Source of the DNA: an uncultured Planctomycetia bacterium
GTDB taxonomy: Bacteria > Omnitrophota > Gorgyraeia > 2-02-FULL-51-18
Direction: 5' to 3'
Assembly: GCA_964478015.1 (NCBI GenBank)
Contig: CAYZGM010000001.1
Location: 2,981 to 66,980 of the forward strand
DNA length: 64,000 nucleotides
The position numbers and the translations under genes were made by a program. Under the pieces are notes generated by a model. It was not told where the DNA came from. It did no database searches and saw nothing but the letters and a program-made list of their open reading frames with translations. Positions within the stretch are counted from its first letter, which is position 1. Each line of letters opens with the position of its first letter. Positions 27,240 through 37,424 of the stretch are shown one piece after another.

Positions 27240-28281
27240 GAGTCAACACCTCATTCCCTTTTTTGGTTATCAAAACCATGTCTTCGATTCGAACGCCGAA
27301 TTTACCCGGCAAATAGATCCCTGGTTCGACGGTGATCACCATGCCCGGCTTAAGCACCGTGTCGCTGCGAGAGGAAACGCTGGGGGACTCGTGTACCTCC
27401 AGCCCAACGCCATGGCCGGTGCTATGCCCGAACTGCCTACCGTACCCCTGTTTCTCAATGTGATCGCGGCAGGCTTTGTCGACTTCGCTGCATGGGACTC
27501 CCGGCCTGGCCCTGTGAATGCCGGCGCGCTGCGCCTTCCAAACGATTTCAAAAATTTTCTTGTAAAGGGGCGCCATTTTACCCAAAAAAATAGGACGGGT
27601 CAAATCGGAGTGATAACCCTCAAAGACAACTCCCATGTCCACCAGCACCGACTCATTATTTTTGAGACGAGTTCCATTGGATTGGCAGTGCGGCATTGAG
27701 GCGCGCGCGCCGGCGGCGATGATGATGTCAAAGGCGGGCTTTTCAGAACCCAGGGATTTAGTGTAATGCTCCAAACGCCCCTGCAGATCCCGCTCTTTCA
27801 TCCCCGGTTGCGCAATGCGGCGAACATAGCGCAGCCCTTTGACCGCAATATCGGCGGATCGGCGGATCGATAGAATCTCCCCATCATCCTTGATCACCCG
27901 GAGCGCCTCGACCAGATTTTCCGTGGGCACGAGGTTGTCCTTGCCAACTCGCTTGGCCAAGGCGGCATAAAAAGAATAGGTGACGACGCGGGCCTCAAAA
28001 CCCAGACGCCGGACTTTCCACGCTTTTACCTGATCGGCCACTATTTCGGCGACATTTTTTTTGTCACGCAGAACAATTTTGAATCCGACGGCCTCCTCTT
28101 GGGCCTGTTGAACATAACGGGAATCCGTGATGAAAATCTGTCCTTTTGGCGATACCAGAATCCAGGACTCGGTTGCCTTAAAACCGCTAAGATAGGTCAC
28201 GTTAGGCCATGAACTTATAAGCAGGGCGTCAATGCCTGCTTTTTTGAATGAACCGAGGAGTTTCACGAGACGGGGTTTCAT
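27223..28281 (-). CDS. Xaa-Pro aminopeptidase (M24)
   Basis: [31 protein letters not shown]. Confidence 0.95.
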   Translation of the reverse strand: MKPRLVKLLGSFKKAGIDALLISSWPNVTYLSGFKATESWILVSPKGQIFITDSRYVQQAQEEAVGFKIVLRDKKNVAEIVADQVKAWKVRRLGFEARVVTYSFYAALAKRVGKDNLVPTENLVEALRVIKDDGEILSIRRSADIAVKGLRYVRRIAQPGMKERDLQGRLEHYTKSLGSEKPAFDIIIAAGARASMPHCQSNGTRLKNNESVLVDMGVVFEGYHSDLTRPIFLGKMAPLYKKIFEIVWKAQRAGIHRARPGVPCSEVDKACRDHIEKQGYGRQFGHSTGHGVGLEVHESPSVSSRSDTVLKPGMVITVEPGIYLPGKFGVRIEDMVLITKKGNEVLTRDLDK

Positions 28282-28724
28282 CGTTTTTTCTTTGCCGAGG
28301 CCAGGTGGATGGCAGCAAAAAAGCCCAGTTCATAGCTTTTGGCCCCAAAACCGGAGATCTGTCCCGCGGCCACCGGCGCAATAAGCGACTGATGGCGGAA
28401 CGTTTCCCGCGAGTAAATATTCGATAGGTGCACCTCCACGACCGGGACCTTGACCGCCGAAACCGCATCGCGGATTGCGACGCTCGTATGAGTGTAAGCC
28501 GCTGGATTCATGACGATGGCATCAAACACGTCCTCGGACTCCTGAATCTTGGTTACAATTTCACCCTCATGATTGGATTGAAATATTTCAAGCGTCGCTT
28601 TCTGCGATTTGGCAAGTCTTTGCAGATTTCGGTCGACAGTTTTAATCGAGAGCTTGCCGTATACGTCCGGTTCACGTTTTCCGAGCAGGTTGAGGTTGGG
28701 TCCATGAATGATAAGGATTTTCAA
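28278..28724 (-). CDS. aroQ: Type II 3-dehydroquinate dehydratase
   Basis: [28 protein letters not shown]. Confidence 0.97.
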   Translation of the reverse strand: MKILIIHGPNLNLLGKREPDVYGKLSIKTVDRNLQRLAKSQKATLEIFQSNHEGEIVTKIQESEDVFDAIVMNPAAYTHTSVAIRDAVSAVKVPVVEVHLSNIYSRETFRHQSLIAPVAAGQISGFGAKSYELGFFAAIHLASAKKKR

Positions 28725-29695
28725 GCCGCCGACTCCTCTTGTATCGCCGCTTCCTTAAACCGAATGTGGTAGTCGTGGCGCACAAAATAGATGATTCCCC
28801 CGATCACGCTCAAGAGGATCAAGAGGCCAAGCCATAAAATACCCAACGCCGCCGCATACTCTCTTCCGGTGTAGGGTGTCAGAAAATATATGAAAGCCCC
28901 CTCGCGTATGCCAAGCCCGTTGAGCGATGGAAGCATGCTCACCAGCTGGACCACCGGCACCAAAAGAAAAAAATAGGTCGCTGAGGTTTTAACGCCAAGT
29001 GCCACTGCCATCAAATAGAGGACGTAAATGCCCGCGCTTTGCCCGACGACCGATAAGGCCATTGCAAAAAAAACGGTCCATCTGTGGTTCTTGAAATCAT
29101 GAAGGCCCTCATAGATCTCTCGAATTTTCCGGCCCAAGCCGAACCGATCCAGAAAAACCTGGAGGAATAGAAAGTTGCGTGCGGCACTGCGGCTAAAGAT
29201 TAAACAAAAGAAAACACAGGCCAATCCAAGAAGCGTGTACACCACCGCAGGCACCATGGGATTCCCGATCTGCTTCCTGAAAAAAATAAGTGTTAGGCTC
29301 GGAATGATAATGAACGTGAACAAACCGAAGATGCGATCCATGAGAACGCCCGTCACCGATTTGACAGCATTCTTCGTGATGCGGGCGGCACACATCGCTT
29401 TTACAATATCTCCCCCGACGGATGTCGGCAAAAAATTGTTGAAGAAATAACCGACGAAAGTAAGTTGGCAGCCCTCGCTTAGGGGTATCCAAAGCTCTTT
29501 TGCCGCGAAGATCAGCTTGAGGCGGATCCCCATCACGAGCACCGTTGAGAGCATGAACAGGACCGAAATCGCTATCAAGCCATGGTCCGCTTTTTTCAGC
29601 ACTCCCGCGATTACGGGGATATCCTCGCGAACCAGAGTGTACAAAAGACCCAAAAAAAGGGCGCTGATGGTCCCGCGGAAAAGGATTTTTTTCAT
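28721..29695 (-). CDS. Lysylphosphatidylglycerol-synthase TM/flippase-like (UPF0104) membrane protein
   Basis: [27 protein letters not shown]; multiple TM helices; start ATG 29695. Confidence 0.88.
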   Translation of the reverse strand: MKKILFRGTISALFLGLLYTLVREDIPVIAGVLKKADHGLIAISVLFMLSTVLVMGIRLKLIFAAKELWIPLSEGCQLTFVGYFFNNFLPTSVGGDIVKAMCAARITKNAVKSVTGVLMDRIFGLFTFIIIPSLTLIFFRKQIGNPMVPAVVYTLLGLACVFFCLIFSRSAARNFLFLQVFLDRFGLGRKIREIYEGLHDFKNHRWTVFFAMALSVVGQSAGIYVLYLMAVALGVKTSATYFFLLVPVVQLVSMLPSLNGLGIREGAFIYFLTPYTGREYAAALGILWLGLLILLSVIGGIIYFVRHDYHIRFKEAAIQEESAA

Positions 29696-29704
29696 GAAGC
29701 GCTC

Positions 29705-29733
29705 ATTATAGACAAACCCTCCCCCAAATGCAA
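29705..29733 (-). promoter_or_regulatory. Sigma70 promoter, near-leaderless
   Basis: TTGCAT-17 nt-TATAAT, 9 nt before ATG 29695. Confidence 0.6.
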
Positions 29734-29739
29734 GGAATT

Positions 29740-29930
29740 GAGCCCGGATTAGGGCCGCCAAACGGGCCCGACCCCTTCCGCCAGTCGGCAATCCCCACTT
29801 ACGGCATGCTCCAACTCGGTCTCACGTTTTCTGCGAAAAACCCATGCCCAATGGCCAGCCCCAAGCCACGCGGCCGACATTAGGGCCTGCTTACCCTTAG
29901 GCTGCGAGCAGCGTTGGCCAGTCATGGCTC
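29740..29930. ncRNA. Candidate structured ncRNA (long irregular hairpin, 6S-RNA-like size)
   Basis: Nested complementary blocks GAGCC/GGCTC, GGCCC/GGGCC, GTCGGC/GCCGAC, GGCATG/CATGCC, TTTTC/GAAAA in a GC-rich intergenic gap. Confidence 0.3.
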
Positions 29931-29938
29931 GGGATGGT

Positions 29939-30925
29939 CTAGAGGGTGTTTCGTAGGCGTTGGGCGGCGGCTTCCGGGGGAGTGGGATTGATGTAAAAAC
30001 CGGTTCCCAGTTCAAAACCGGCTACCTGGGTCAGATGAGGGATAATCTCCATATGCCAATGAAAACTGTCCGACGATTTTGTTTGTAGCGGCAGGGTGTG
30101 GATCATAAAATTGTAGGAGGGGTCACCCAGGGAATGCTTAATCTTGCTTAAAACTGCTTTGAGCGCGGTTGCCATCGATCGGAGGGAAGCCTCCGGCATG
30201 CTGTCAAAACTCGCCTCATGACTTTTGGGCAATAACCATGTCTCAAACGGAAAACGTGAGGCAAAAGGCGCCAGGGCCATAAAATGCTCATTCGAATAGA
30301 CGGTCAGTATTTTTTCGGCGCTTTCCTGGCGAAGCATGTCGCAGAAGAGGCAGCGCTCCGTGTGCTCCTCGTGCAATTGGGCGTTCTTGAGCTCCCCCTG
30401 AACGCGCGAGGGCACGATCGGCAAGGCGATAAGCTGAGAATGCGGGTGCTCGATGCTCGCTCCTGCCTCCGAGCCATAATTTTTAAAGAGCAGAATATAT
30501 TTGAATCGTGGATCTTTTCTTAGATCACGACAGCGGTCCAGGTAAGCGCGAAGAATGCACTCCACCTCCTCTTCGGATAGATCGGCAATCTCTCGGTGGT
30601 GGTCCGGATTCTCGATGATCACCTCGTGTGCACCGAAACCTCCCAAACGGTCATAGAGACCGGAAGCGCTTCTTTCGGGATTTTCCTCGATGCTGAGCGC
30701 TGGAAACCTGTTGGGAATGACCCGTACTTGCCAATCGGGGCCGCTTGTCGTCCCCTTTTTGGAATACACGGCGATTGCAGGAGGCGTCGTCGCTTCACTA
30801 CCGGGACAAAAGGGGCAGGCTTTGCTGGATTTCAGGTACTTCTGGGGGCTGAACTCGAGTTTTGGGTGCTCCTGATCGACGATAACCCATCGGCCCGTGA
30901 CAGGATCTTTTCTAAGTTGTGGCAT
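29939..30925 (-). CDS. galT: Galactose-1-phosphate uridylyltransferase family, catalytic motif intact
   Basis: CPFCPG, PNRFPAL, HEVIIE, HPHSQ, GFELGTG. Confidence 0.92.
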   Translation of the reverse strand: MPQLRKDPVTGRWVIVDQEHPKLEFSPQKYLKSSKACPFCPGSEATTPPAIAVYSKKGTTSGPDWQVRVIPNRFPALSIEENPERSASGLYDRLGGFGAHEVIIENPDHHREIADLSEEEVECILRAYLDRCRDLRKDPRFKYILLFKNYGSEAGASIEHPHSQLIALPIVPSRVQGELKNAQLHEEHTERCLFCDMLRQESAEKILTVYSNEHFMALAPFASRFPFETWLLPKSHEASFDSMPEASLRSMATALKAVLSKIKHSLGDPSYNFMIHTLPLQTKSSDSFHWHMEIIPHLTQVAGFELGTGFYINPTPPEAAAQRLRNTL

Positions 30926-30927
30926 GC

Positions 30928-31965
30928 TCAGTCATCCCCCGGCGTATCGCGTAGAAGCGCGGCCGCCTCTTCCGGGGGCGTTGGGTTGATGTGGATTCCT
31001 GTGCCCCATTCAAATCCTGCATCCTGCGTCAATCGAGGCATGATTTGCCAGTACCAATGGGTGTCTTCCTCCAACGTTTTCCAATAAATGGCGCTTTTTT
31101 TATGACGAAAAGGTGCGGTGTGAAGGACCAGGTTATGCGGCGGGTCGTTGAGTAAATTGCGTAATCTTACCAGGCATTGCCTGAGCACCCATGCCAGGTC
31201 GGCAAAAGCGTCTACCTGCGTCTTGGCGAAATCAGCCGAGTGCTTCTTTGGAAGAATCCACATTTCGAATGGATAGCGGGAAGCGAACGGACAATAGGCA
31301 AAAAAAGAATTGTTCTCGACCACGACCCGCGCGCCGTTAACCCTCTCCTGTTTTAGCACGTCGCAGACCACGCAACGCTCTCGGCGCTCGTAATAGTTCC
31401 TGGCAAGCGACAGCTCTTCTTTCACTCGCTTGGGAATGATGGGCATGGCCAAAAGTTGGGAACGTGAATGGCGGATGACGTCCGTTGCGGAACCGGAAAC
31501 TAGCCCGTGATTTTTGAAAAGAAGCGCGTACTCAAAACGCGGGTCATCGCCGAGTTCACGCAATCTCTCTGCGTATACCGCCAAAACCTTTTCGATTGCC
31601 TGCAGAGAGAATTCATCCAGATCGTGCTGGTGGCGCGGCGTTTCCACGATTACTTCGTGCTGCCCCACCGCGTCGCGGGTATCGTAAATGCCGACGCCCT
31701 CCGAATCGTACCCATCGGCCAGGTTCGAGAGAATGGGCACCTTGCTCAAAATAGATCGAACATCCCAGCCGGGTCCGTTTGGCGGGCTACCGGGCTTGCG
31801 CAAGGCGAAGACCTCGGAGGTTGTCATCGCCTCTTTGCCCTCGCAAAACGGACATTCGCGCTGATCCATTGCTTTTTTTGGACGGTATTCCATTGGCCGC
31901 CATCCGCGCTCGGAGGAAATGATGGTCCAGTAGCCAGCCAGGGGATCGCGCCGCAACTCAGACAT
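30928..31965 (-). CDS. GalT-family paralogue lacking the catalytic His (HSRSQ)
   Basis: ELRRDP, CPFCEG, HEVIVETP, GFEWGTG; HPHxQ replaced by HSRSQ. Confidence 0.88.
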   Translation of the reverse strand: MSELRRDPLAGYWTIISSERGWRPMEYRPKKAMDQRECPFCEGKEAMTTSEVFALRKPGSPPNGPGWDVRSILSKVPILSNLADGYDSEGVGIYDTRDAVGQHEVIVETPRHQHDLDEFSLQAIEKVLAVYAERLRELGDDPRFEYALLFKNHGLVSGSATDVIRHSRSQLLAMPIIPKRVKEELSLARNYYERRERCVVCDVLKQERVNGARVVVENNSFFAYCPFASRYPFEMWILPKKHSADFAKTQVDAFADLAWVLRQCLVRLRNLLNDPPHNLVLHTAPFRHKKSAIYWKTLEEDTHWYWQIMPRLTQDAGFEWGTGIHINPTPPEEAAALLRDTPGDD

Positions 31966-33271
31966 GATTTTCTCCGGGACGTAAATACGTCAAAAGATCC
32001 GAGGGCCGGATGGTTCCCACAATCTTGTTGTTCTTGTCCTGAATCACAAGGATCTCGCATTTGGATTCCTTGAACTTCCGGATCGCGTCGCTGATGGTGG
32101 CATCCTTGCCGATCACCGCAAAATCTTTTTTTACAAAATCCGCCACCGATTTGTCCAATTCTTTCAAACTTAGATTGGGGATAGCGAATTTTTCTAAGTT
32201 CCGCACATTCAAAAGACGCCGGTTGATGTATTCGTAGAACTGCGTTGAAAGAATACGCTTAAAACTTACGGGTAAAGGCAGGATGGGCTTGCCCTCGATA
32301 AAATCCAGGTGATTCCGCAGGGCGCAGCTCTGTGAGCGCGGATCGATGGACAAAAGATAGCGTAGGGAGCTATCCGGGATCAGGTGCTCCTCGGCTTCGG
32401 GAATCGCGGAAAGCGAAATAAGCTCATGCACGTCCTCGAGGCTGATTTGGAGCGAATTGAATCCACGCGCGATTTGGAATGAGAGGTTGCCGTCTTGGTC
32501 GCTGAATACCGGCGCGTATTTTTCGAGGGTGTCGATCGCGTCTGCCAAAAAAACCCCCAGAGCGACGTCGGGATTGTATAGCACGCCGCCCATGATAAAA
32601 GCCGCGTCATCGGATTGGCCAGGGCCGATCCGGTGGCGGATATAAAAGTATTTTTGAGTTTTGGGATCCACGGCCCCCTCGGTGCCCACGATAAGTCCGC
32701 GCCGCGAGTAGTCATCTATTTCGGCCTCATGCGCTTCTTCGGCCAGTTTCTCGCCGTCCAGGTTCATCGCGAGCATGGTTTTGACGTCGATGACATAGCA
32801 CCGGCCTCCCCCGATCTTGATCTGATATTTTTTTTCGGCCTCTTTGCGGAAATCCGGATTATCCCGTAGTCCGCCCAGGTAAAGGCCGCGAACCACATCG
32901 CGCGCATTGACCTTGCGGTCGCGGAATAACGCCAATCCCAGGATGGGGTCCCCGTCTTCGCTGAGTAGTCTATCGCGCTTTTCGCCGTTCATCGTGGATG
33001 ACGCAAATTCGACAATGTCGTCGATGAGCGCCTGACGCTTGGCTTTCACCTCGTCCGCATCCCGCCCCAAGGCGCGCACCACATCATCGATCGTGGTGTT
33101 CACAAACACACGATTTTCGAAAGCGCCAGCCCCGTTGTGAGCGCGACCCTCCAGGGATTGCATGAAAAGGAGGTCCTCTATTTCAGGAGTGGTCTCAAGG
33201 TGCTCGTAGGATTTTAAAAGTTCATAGTCGGCCTGAATGAGCTCTTTTGGCGCGACGGAGTGCAAATACAT
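31958..33271 (-). CDS. Uncharacterised protein with C-terminal CBS domain
   Basis: 437 aa; last ~65 aa CBS-like (DATISDAIRKF..IVGTIRPSDLL); N-terminal ~365 aa not recognised. Confidence 0.75.
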   Translation of the reverse strand: MYLHSVAPKELIQADYELLKSYEHLETTPEIEDLLFMQSLEGRAHNGAGAFENRVFVNTTIDDVVRALGRDADEVKAKRQALIDDIVEFASSTMNGEKRDRLLSEDGDPILGLALFRDRKVNARDVVRGLYLGGLRDNPDFRKEAEKKYQIKIGGGRCYVIDVKTMLAMNLDGEKLAEEAHEAEIDDYSRRGLIVGTEGAVDPKTQKYFYIRHRIGPGQSDDAAFIMGGVLYNPDVALGVFLADAIDTLEKYAPVFSDQDGNLSFQIARGFNSLQISLEDVHELISLSAIPEAEEHLIPDSSLRYLLSIDPRSQSCALRNHLDFIEGKPILPLPVSFKRILSTQFYEYINRRLLNVRNLEKFAIPNLSLKELDKSVADFVKKDFAVIGKDATISDAIRKFKESKCEILVIQDKNNKIVGTIRPSDLLTYLRPGENHV

Positions 33272-33278
33272 AAGCGCG

Positions 33279-33306
33279 ATTATATCAGCTGTGATCGATT
33301 ATTCAA
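33279..33306 (-). promoter_or_regulatory. Extended -10 promoter giving a leaderless mRNA
   Basis: TTGAAT-16 nt-(TGa)TATAAT, 7 nt before ATG 33271; no SD. Confidence 0.65.
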
Positions 33307-34228
33307 GGAGTTCTCCTGCTTTCAGGGGAGTTCCTTTCAGGAATTCGGAAGCTCTGAGAGTTTTTCGACCCTCCAGCTGCAACTCTTCCAGGACAAGGCA
33401 GCCATCGGAGGTGGCAACCGCGATGCCCGCGGGCGATACCCGCTGGATCTGGCCATGCTTGCAGGGACTTGTCGAGATTTCAGGGCGGCTCACTTTTACC
33501 ACGAGTCGTTTTCCCTTACAGAGCGTGTAAGAACCAGGCCAGGCCAAGTAGGCCCTTACCTGACGATCAAGCTGTTGAGCGCTCAGGTCCCAACGGAGTC
33601 TCCCGTCTTCTTTTTTGATCTTGGCGCAATAGGTGGCCCGGTTCGGATCTTGAGCGATCCAATCCGCTTTCCGCGCTTCGATCGGTCCCAAAGATTCCAT
33701 CAAGGCATGCGATGCCAAGGCCGAAAGCTTGGGTTCTAGCGTCACGATGGTTTCTTTGTCTTGGAGGCTTATTTTTTTTGTGAGACATACTTCTCCGGCA
33801 TCCAACTCTTCGACCATCCGCATGACGCTAACACCTGTTTCCGAATCTCCGCCCAGAACGGCCGATTGCATGGGAGATGCTCCCCGGTATTTGGGAAGCA
33901 GCGAGCCATGAACATTGATCGCACCCAAAACCGGAAGCTCCAAATAATTTTTCCTTAAAATTTTACCAAACGCGATCACGATAAAAAGGTCCGGTTTTAT
34001 TTCTTTGAGTTGGGCGAAACATTCAGATTCCTTGGAAGAAGCCATTTCAATCACGCGGATGTGATTTTGAATGGCCCACAATTTAACGGCGGAGGGCTTG
34101 GGCGCCAAATGCCGCCCGCTGGGTTTTTCGGGTGATGTGACGACAGCCGCCAAGCGGTGGTCTGATGCCAGAAGCGCGTCGAGTGAGGGGAGGCCGAAAG
34201 CGCCCGCCCCGAAGAAAACGAGGGTCAA
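33299..34228 (-). CDS. fmt: Methionyl-tRNA formyltransferase
   Basis: NVHGSLLPKYRGASP, ELDAG, QLEGRK; TTG start overlapping def stop. Confidence 0.95.
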   Translation of the reverse strand: MTLVFFGAGAFGLPSLDALLASDHRLAAVVTSPEKPSGRHLAPKPSAVKLWAIQNHIRVIEMASSKESECFAQLKEIKPDLFIVIAFGKILRKNYLELPVLGAINVHGSLLPKYRGASPMQSAVLGGDSETGVSVMRMVEELDAGEVCLTKKISLQDKETIVTLEPKLSALASHALMESLGPIEARKADWIAQDPNRATYCAKIKKEDGRLRWDLSAQQLDRQVRAYLAWPGSYTLCKGKRLVVKVSRPEISTSPCKHGQIQRVSPAGIAVATSDGCLVLEELQLEGRKTLRASEFLKGTPLKAGELLE

Positions 34229-34734
34229 TCGCTGCTCTTGGCCGAAACTCGGCGCGCCAGCCGAGTTTTGATACGGCAGCCTTTCAAAAATCCTAAGCGG
34301 TCGATGAACAGAATCCCGTTCAAATGATCGATCTCGTGTTGAAAGATCCTCGAAAGGAGCCCCTCGCCTTTCACCTCGACTTCTCTGCCATCGAGAGACA
34401 GGGCTTTCATCCAAACGCGCTTGGCACGTTTCACGGGTTCATAAAATTCGGGCACGCTAAGACAGCCCTCAAACTCTTTGATGACACCCTCCGAACGCAC
34501 GATGCGGGGATTAAGGAAAACAAGCTCCTGTCCCGGAATCTGGTCGGCGCTGGCCACAAAAATCCGCTTGGCAATCCCGACCTGGTTCGCCGCCAGGCCA
34601 ACGCCGTTTTCGGCATGCATGGTCTGGATCATGTCGCGAACAAGGCGCCGCTCCGCCTCGGTGATTGTTTTGACCTCATTGGTTTTGGCCGCCAGTACCG
34701 GGTGAGGGTACTTGATTACCGGTAAAATAGGCAT
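34225..34734 (-). CDS. def: Peptide deformylase
   Basis: GVGLAANQVG, EGCLSVP, QHEIDHLNG. Confidence 0.97.
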   Translation of the reverse strand: MPILPVIKYPHPVLAAKTNEVKTITEAERRLVRDMIQTMHAENGVGLAANQVGIAKRIFVASADQIPGQELVFLNPRIVRSEGVIKEFEGCLSVPEFYEPVKRAKRVWMKALSLDGREVEVKGEGLLSRIFQHEIDHLNGILFIDRLGFLKGCRIKTRLARRVSAKSSD

Positions 34735-34758
34735 GACGCCGTCATTTTAGCATGTCTT

Positions 34759-36768
34759 TTAACAAGGGTCCACATCGACCGCGATGCTACCCCGGATTTT
34801 TTTGTGGGATTCTAGGATTGGTTTGAAGAATAGATGGATGCAGGGCACATCGGGCCCTTTTAGAAAAAGATTCCAATAAAATTGCCCATGCTCTTTGGAA
34901 TTAATGCATGGCGCCGGTCCCAGAACGCGGATGGGTCCGTCTTCGGACCGGGCGCGGATCTCCTTGGAGAGTTCGAGGATCGTACGCACCACGTCCCGCT
35001 CCGCGGCCCCTTTCACCAAGACGCGCACCAAATGCGTGAAAGGCGGCATCGAAAGCTCGCGGCGCAACACGATCTCTTTATCGTAAAACTCAAGAAAATC
35101 ATGGTCCTTTGCGCTCTGGATCGAATAATGATGCGGCACAAAAGTCTGTATCACCACTTTTCCCGGCACGTCCCCCCGGCCGGCACGTCCCGCGACCTGG
35201 GTTAACAGGTCGAACGTACGCTCGCTGGAGCGAAAATCAGGGATATGCAGAGCCGTGTCGGCGGAGATAACGCCGATTAAAGAGACGTTTGGAAAATCAT
35301 GACCCTTGGCGATCATTTGAGTCCCGATGAGAATGTCGATCTCTTTTTTTTTGAAAGATTTTAAAATTGTCTCGTGCGCATCTTTTTTGGCCATCGAATC
35401 CGTGTCCATGCGTCCCAGGCGCGCTTCAGGAAAAAGGCGTCTGGCCTCCTGCTCCACTTTTTGAGTTCCGATTCCGAAATAGTGCAAATAATTTTTCTGG
35501 CAGCCCGGGCACAATCTCTGCGGCATGCTTTGGTGATGGCAGACGTGACACAAAAGCACGGTCTTATCAAAATGATAGGCGAGGCTGATGCGGCAGTTGG
35601 GGCAGGTCATCACGTAGCCGCAGGAGGCACAGTGCAGATAGGTGGAAAAACCGCGGCGGTTCAAAAGCAGCATCACCTGTTCTTTTTTGAACAGCGCGTC
35701 CCGGATGGCCTGCTCAAGGACCGTTGAATAAATGCGCTCTTTTTTACCTTCGCGCTGACGGCGCATGTCGACAATCTCGACGGCGGGGAGAGGCCTATTT
35801 TCGATGCGCTGAGGGAGCGAGAGGCACTTTATCCGGCCGATCTCGGAGCCGTGGTAGGCTTCCAGAGATGGAGTGGCGCTCCCCAACACAAGAACGGCTT
35901 TTTCCAGTTCCGCGCGTTTTTTTGCCACCTCCCGAGCATGGTAGCGAGGAGTTTCATCTTGCTTGTAGGACCCCTCATGTTCTTCGTCAATGACGATGAG
36001 GCCCAAATTTTGAACGGGGCTGAAAAGCGCCGACCGCGCGCCAACAACGACTTTCGCCTCCCCGCTCCGGATTCGATGCCATTCCTCCACGCGCCGGCCC
36101 TGGCTTAAACGGCTGTGAATGACGGCCACGCAATCGCCAAAGCGGGAGTAAAAACGATTCACCGTCTGGGGAGTCAACGAGATCTCTGGAACCAGGACAA
36201 TGCTGGAGCGGCCCTGCTTCAGAAGTCCGCGAATGAGTTGGATGTAAACTTCTGTTTTTCCGCTGCCGGTTACTCCGTGAAGAAGAAAGACGGCTGACTG
36301 TGCAGCATTTAGTTTTTCTAGGATCGCATCGTATGCCGTTTGCTGTGCGGGAGTGAATGAAAGATCCAGCGGGTTCTCGACTTCGGAGCCTGCATGAGTC
36401 TTTGGGGAGCGGCTCTTCATGAAATGCCGCCCTTTTCTAAACGGTGAGGGCAGCGCGGTATCCACGGCTTGGCCCTGGGAGCAAAGGTAGTATTCGGACA
36501 TCCATCGCGTAAGTTCGAGCATATTCTTATCAAGAACGGGCCTCTCATCGACCACGGAGTCTATGGCTTTCACGGATTCGACGATTTTGAGCTGGGACAA
36601 GCCGACCACCGTGCCAACCATAACCCGATTCCGCATCTTCACGAAGACGCGTACCCCCGGGCGAACCTTTGAAACAAGATGTTCCGGGACCGAATATTGG
36701 AATGACCCCGCGGAGGGCACGGCCAACGCGACATCGGCGTAAACAGATTGATCCGTGATTGTGGTCAT
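34759..36768 (-). CDS. priA: Primosomal protein N'
   Basis: GVTGSGKTEVY, DEEH, four CxxC pairs, QVAGRAGR. Confidence 0.96.
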   Translation of the reverse strand: MTTITDQSVYADVALAVPSAGSFQYSVPEHLVSKVRPGVRVFVKMRNRVMVGTVVGLSQLKIVESVKAIDSVVDERPVLDKNMLELTRWMSEYYLCSQGQAVDTALPSPFRKGRHFMKSRSPKTHAGSEVENPLDLSFTPAQQTAYDAILEKLNAAQSAVFLLHGVTGSGKTEVYIQLIRGLLKQGRSSIVLVPEISLTPQTVNRFYSRFGDCVAVIHSRLSQGRRVEEWHRIRSGEAKVVVGARSALFSPVQNLGLIVIDEEHEGSYKQDETPRYHAREVAKKRAELEKAVLVLGSATPSLEAYHGSEIGRIKCLSLPQRIENRPLPAVEIVDMRRQREGKKERIYSTVLEQAIRDALFKKEQVMLLLNRRGFSTYLHCASCGYVMTCPNCRISLAYHFDKTVLLCHVCHHQSMPQRLCPGCQKNYLHYFGIGTQKVEQEARRLFPEARLGRMDTDSMAKKDAHETILKSFKKKEIDILIGTQMIAKGHDFPNVSLIGVISADTALHIPDFRSSERTFDLLTQVAGRAGRGDVPGKVVIQTFVPHHYSIQSAKDHDFLEFYDKEIVLRRELSMPPFTHLVRVLVKGAAERDVVRTILELSKEIRARSEDGPIRVLGPAPCINSKEHGQFYWNLFLKGPDVPCIHLFFKPILESHKKIRGSIAVDVDPC

Positions 36769-37424
36769 TCCGCCGGCGCTCCCAATTCTTTCATGATCTT
36801 TTGCATGTCGTCCCAAACAAGTTTTTTGTCACCGGGATTTCTCAGCAGATATGCCGGATGAAACGTTGGCATGAGCTTGATGCCGTGGTTCCAGTCAAAA
36901 AATCGCCCGCGAATACGGCTAATAGGCTCCTCTGTTTTAAGCAAGGTCTGGGCCGCAAACTTACCCAAGGCGCAAATGATTCTTGGGCGGATGATTTCAA
37001 TCTGCTTGGCCAGGATAGGGCCGCATGAGGCAATCTCGGTTGGAAGCGGGTTCCGGTTTTCCGGAGGGCGACACTTCAGGCAATTCGCAATGTAAACTTC
37101 CTCGCGACTAAGTTTCATGGCCTCAATGATCTTTGTGAGCAGCTGTCCCGCCGCCCCCACGAATGGCAATGCCTGTTTATCCTCCTCAAATCCGGGCGCT
37201 TCCCCGACGAACATCAGCCGGGCCAGGGGATTTCCAGCTCCAAACACGACATGGGTCCGGTGCTGACTGAGCGGGCATTGCTGACAATTTAGGTATTGGG
37301 AGTTCAGCGATGCGAGGGCGTTCGTTTTTTTGGTCAAGTCTCCAACCTTAGGGAGCTGCGTCAAACCAAAGGCGATTTCGGTTTCAAGGTATTGGCGAGC
37401 TTGGCGATGAACGGAGAAATCCAT
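36765..37424 (-). CDS. Uracil-DNA glycosylase family 4
   Basis: VGEAPG, PFVG, KCRPPENR, HPAYLLR, Fe-S cysteines. Confidence 0.94.
   Translation of the reverse strand: MDFSVHRQARQYLETEIAFGLTQLPKVGDLTKKTNALASLNSQYLNCQQCPLSQHRTHVVFGAGNPLARLMFVGEAPGFEEDKQALPFVGAAGQLLTKIIEAMKLSREEVYIANCLKCRPPENRNPLPTEIASCGPILAKQIEIIRPRIICALGKFAAQTLLKTEEPISRIRGRFFDWNHGIKLMPTFHPAYLLRNPGDKKLVWDDMQKIMKELGAPAE

Noticed and set aside
26373-27335. 320-aa plus-strand ORF and the many other antisense ORFs in the track
   Set aside because: Shadows of well-supported minus-strand genes (efp, accB and others); no motifs
29870-29930. c-di-GMP-I (GEMM) riboswitch suggested by CCTAAGGG...CCCTAATG on the minus strand
   Set aside because: No GGCAAA/GAAA P1 hairpin or GCAAA linker; receptor motif imperfect
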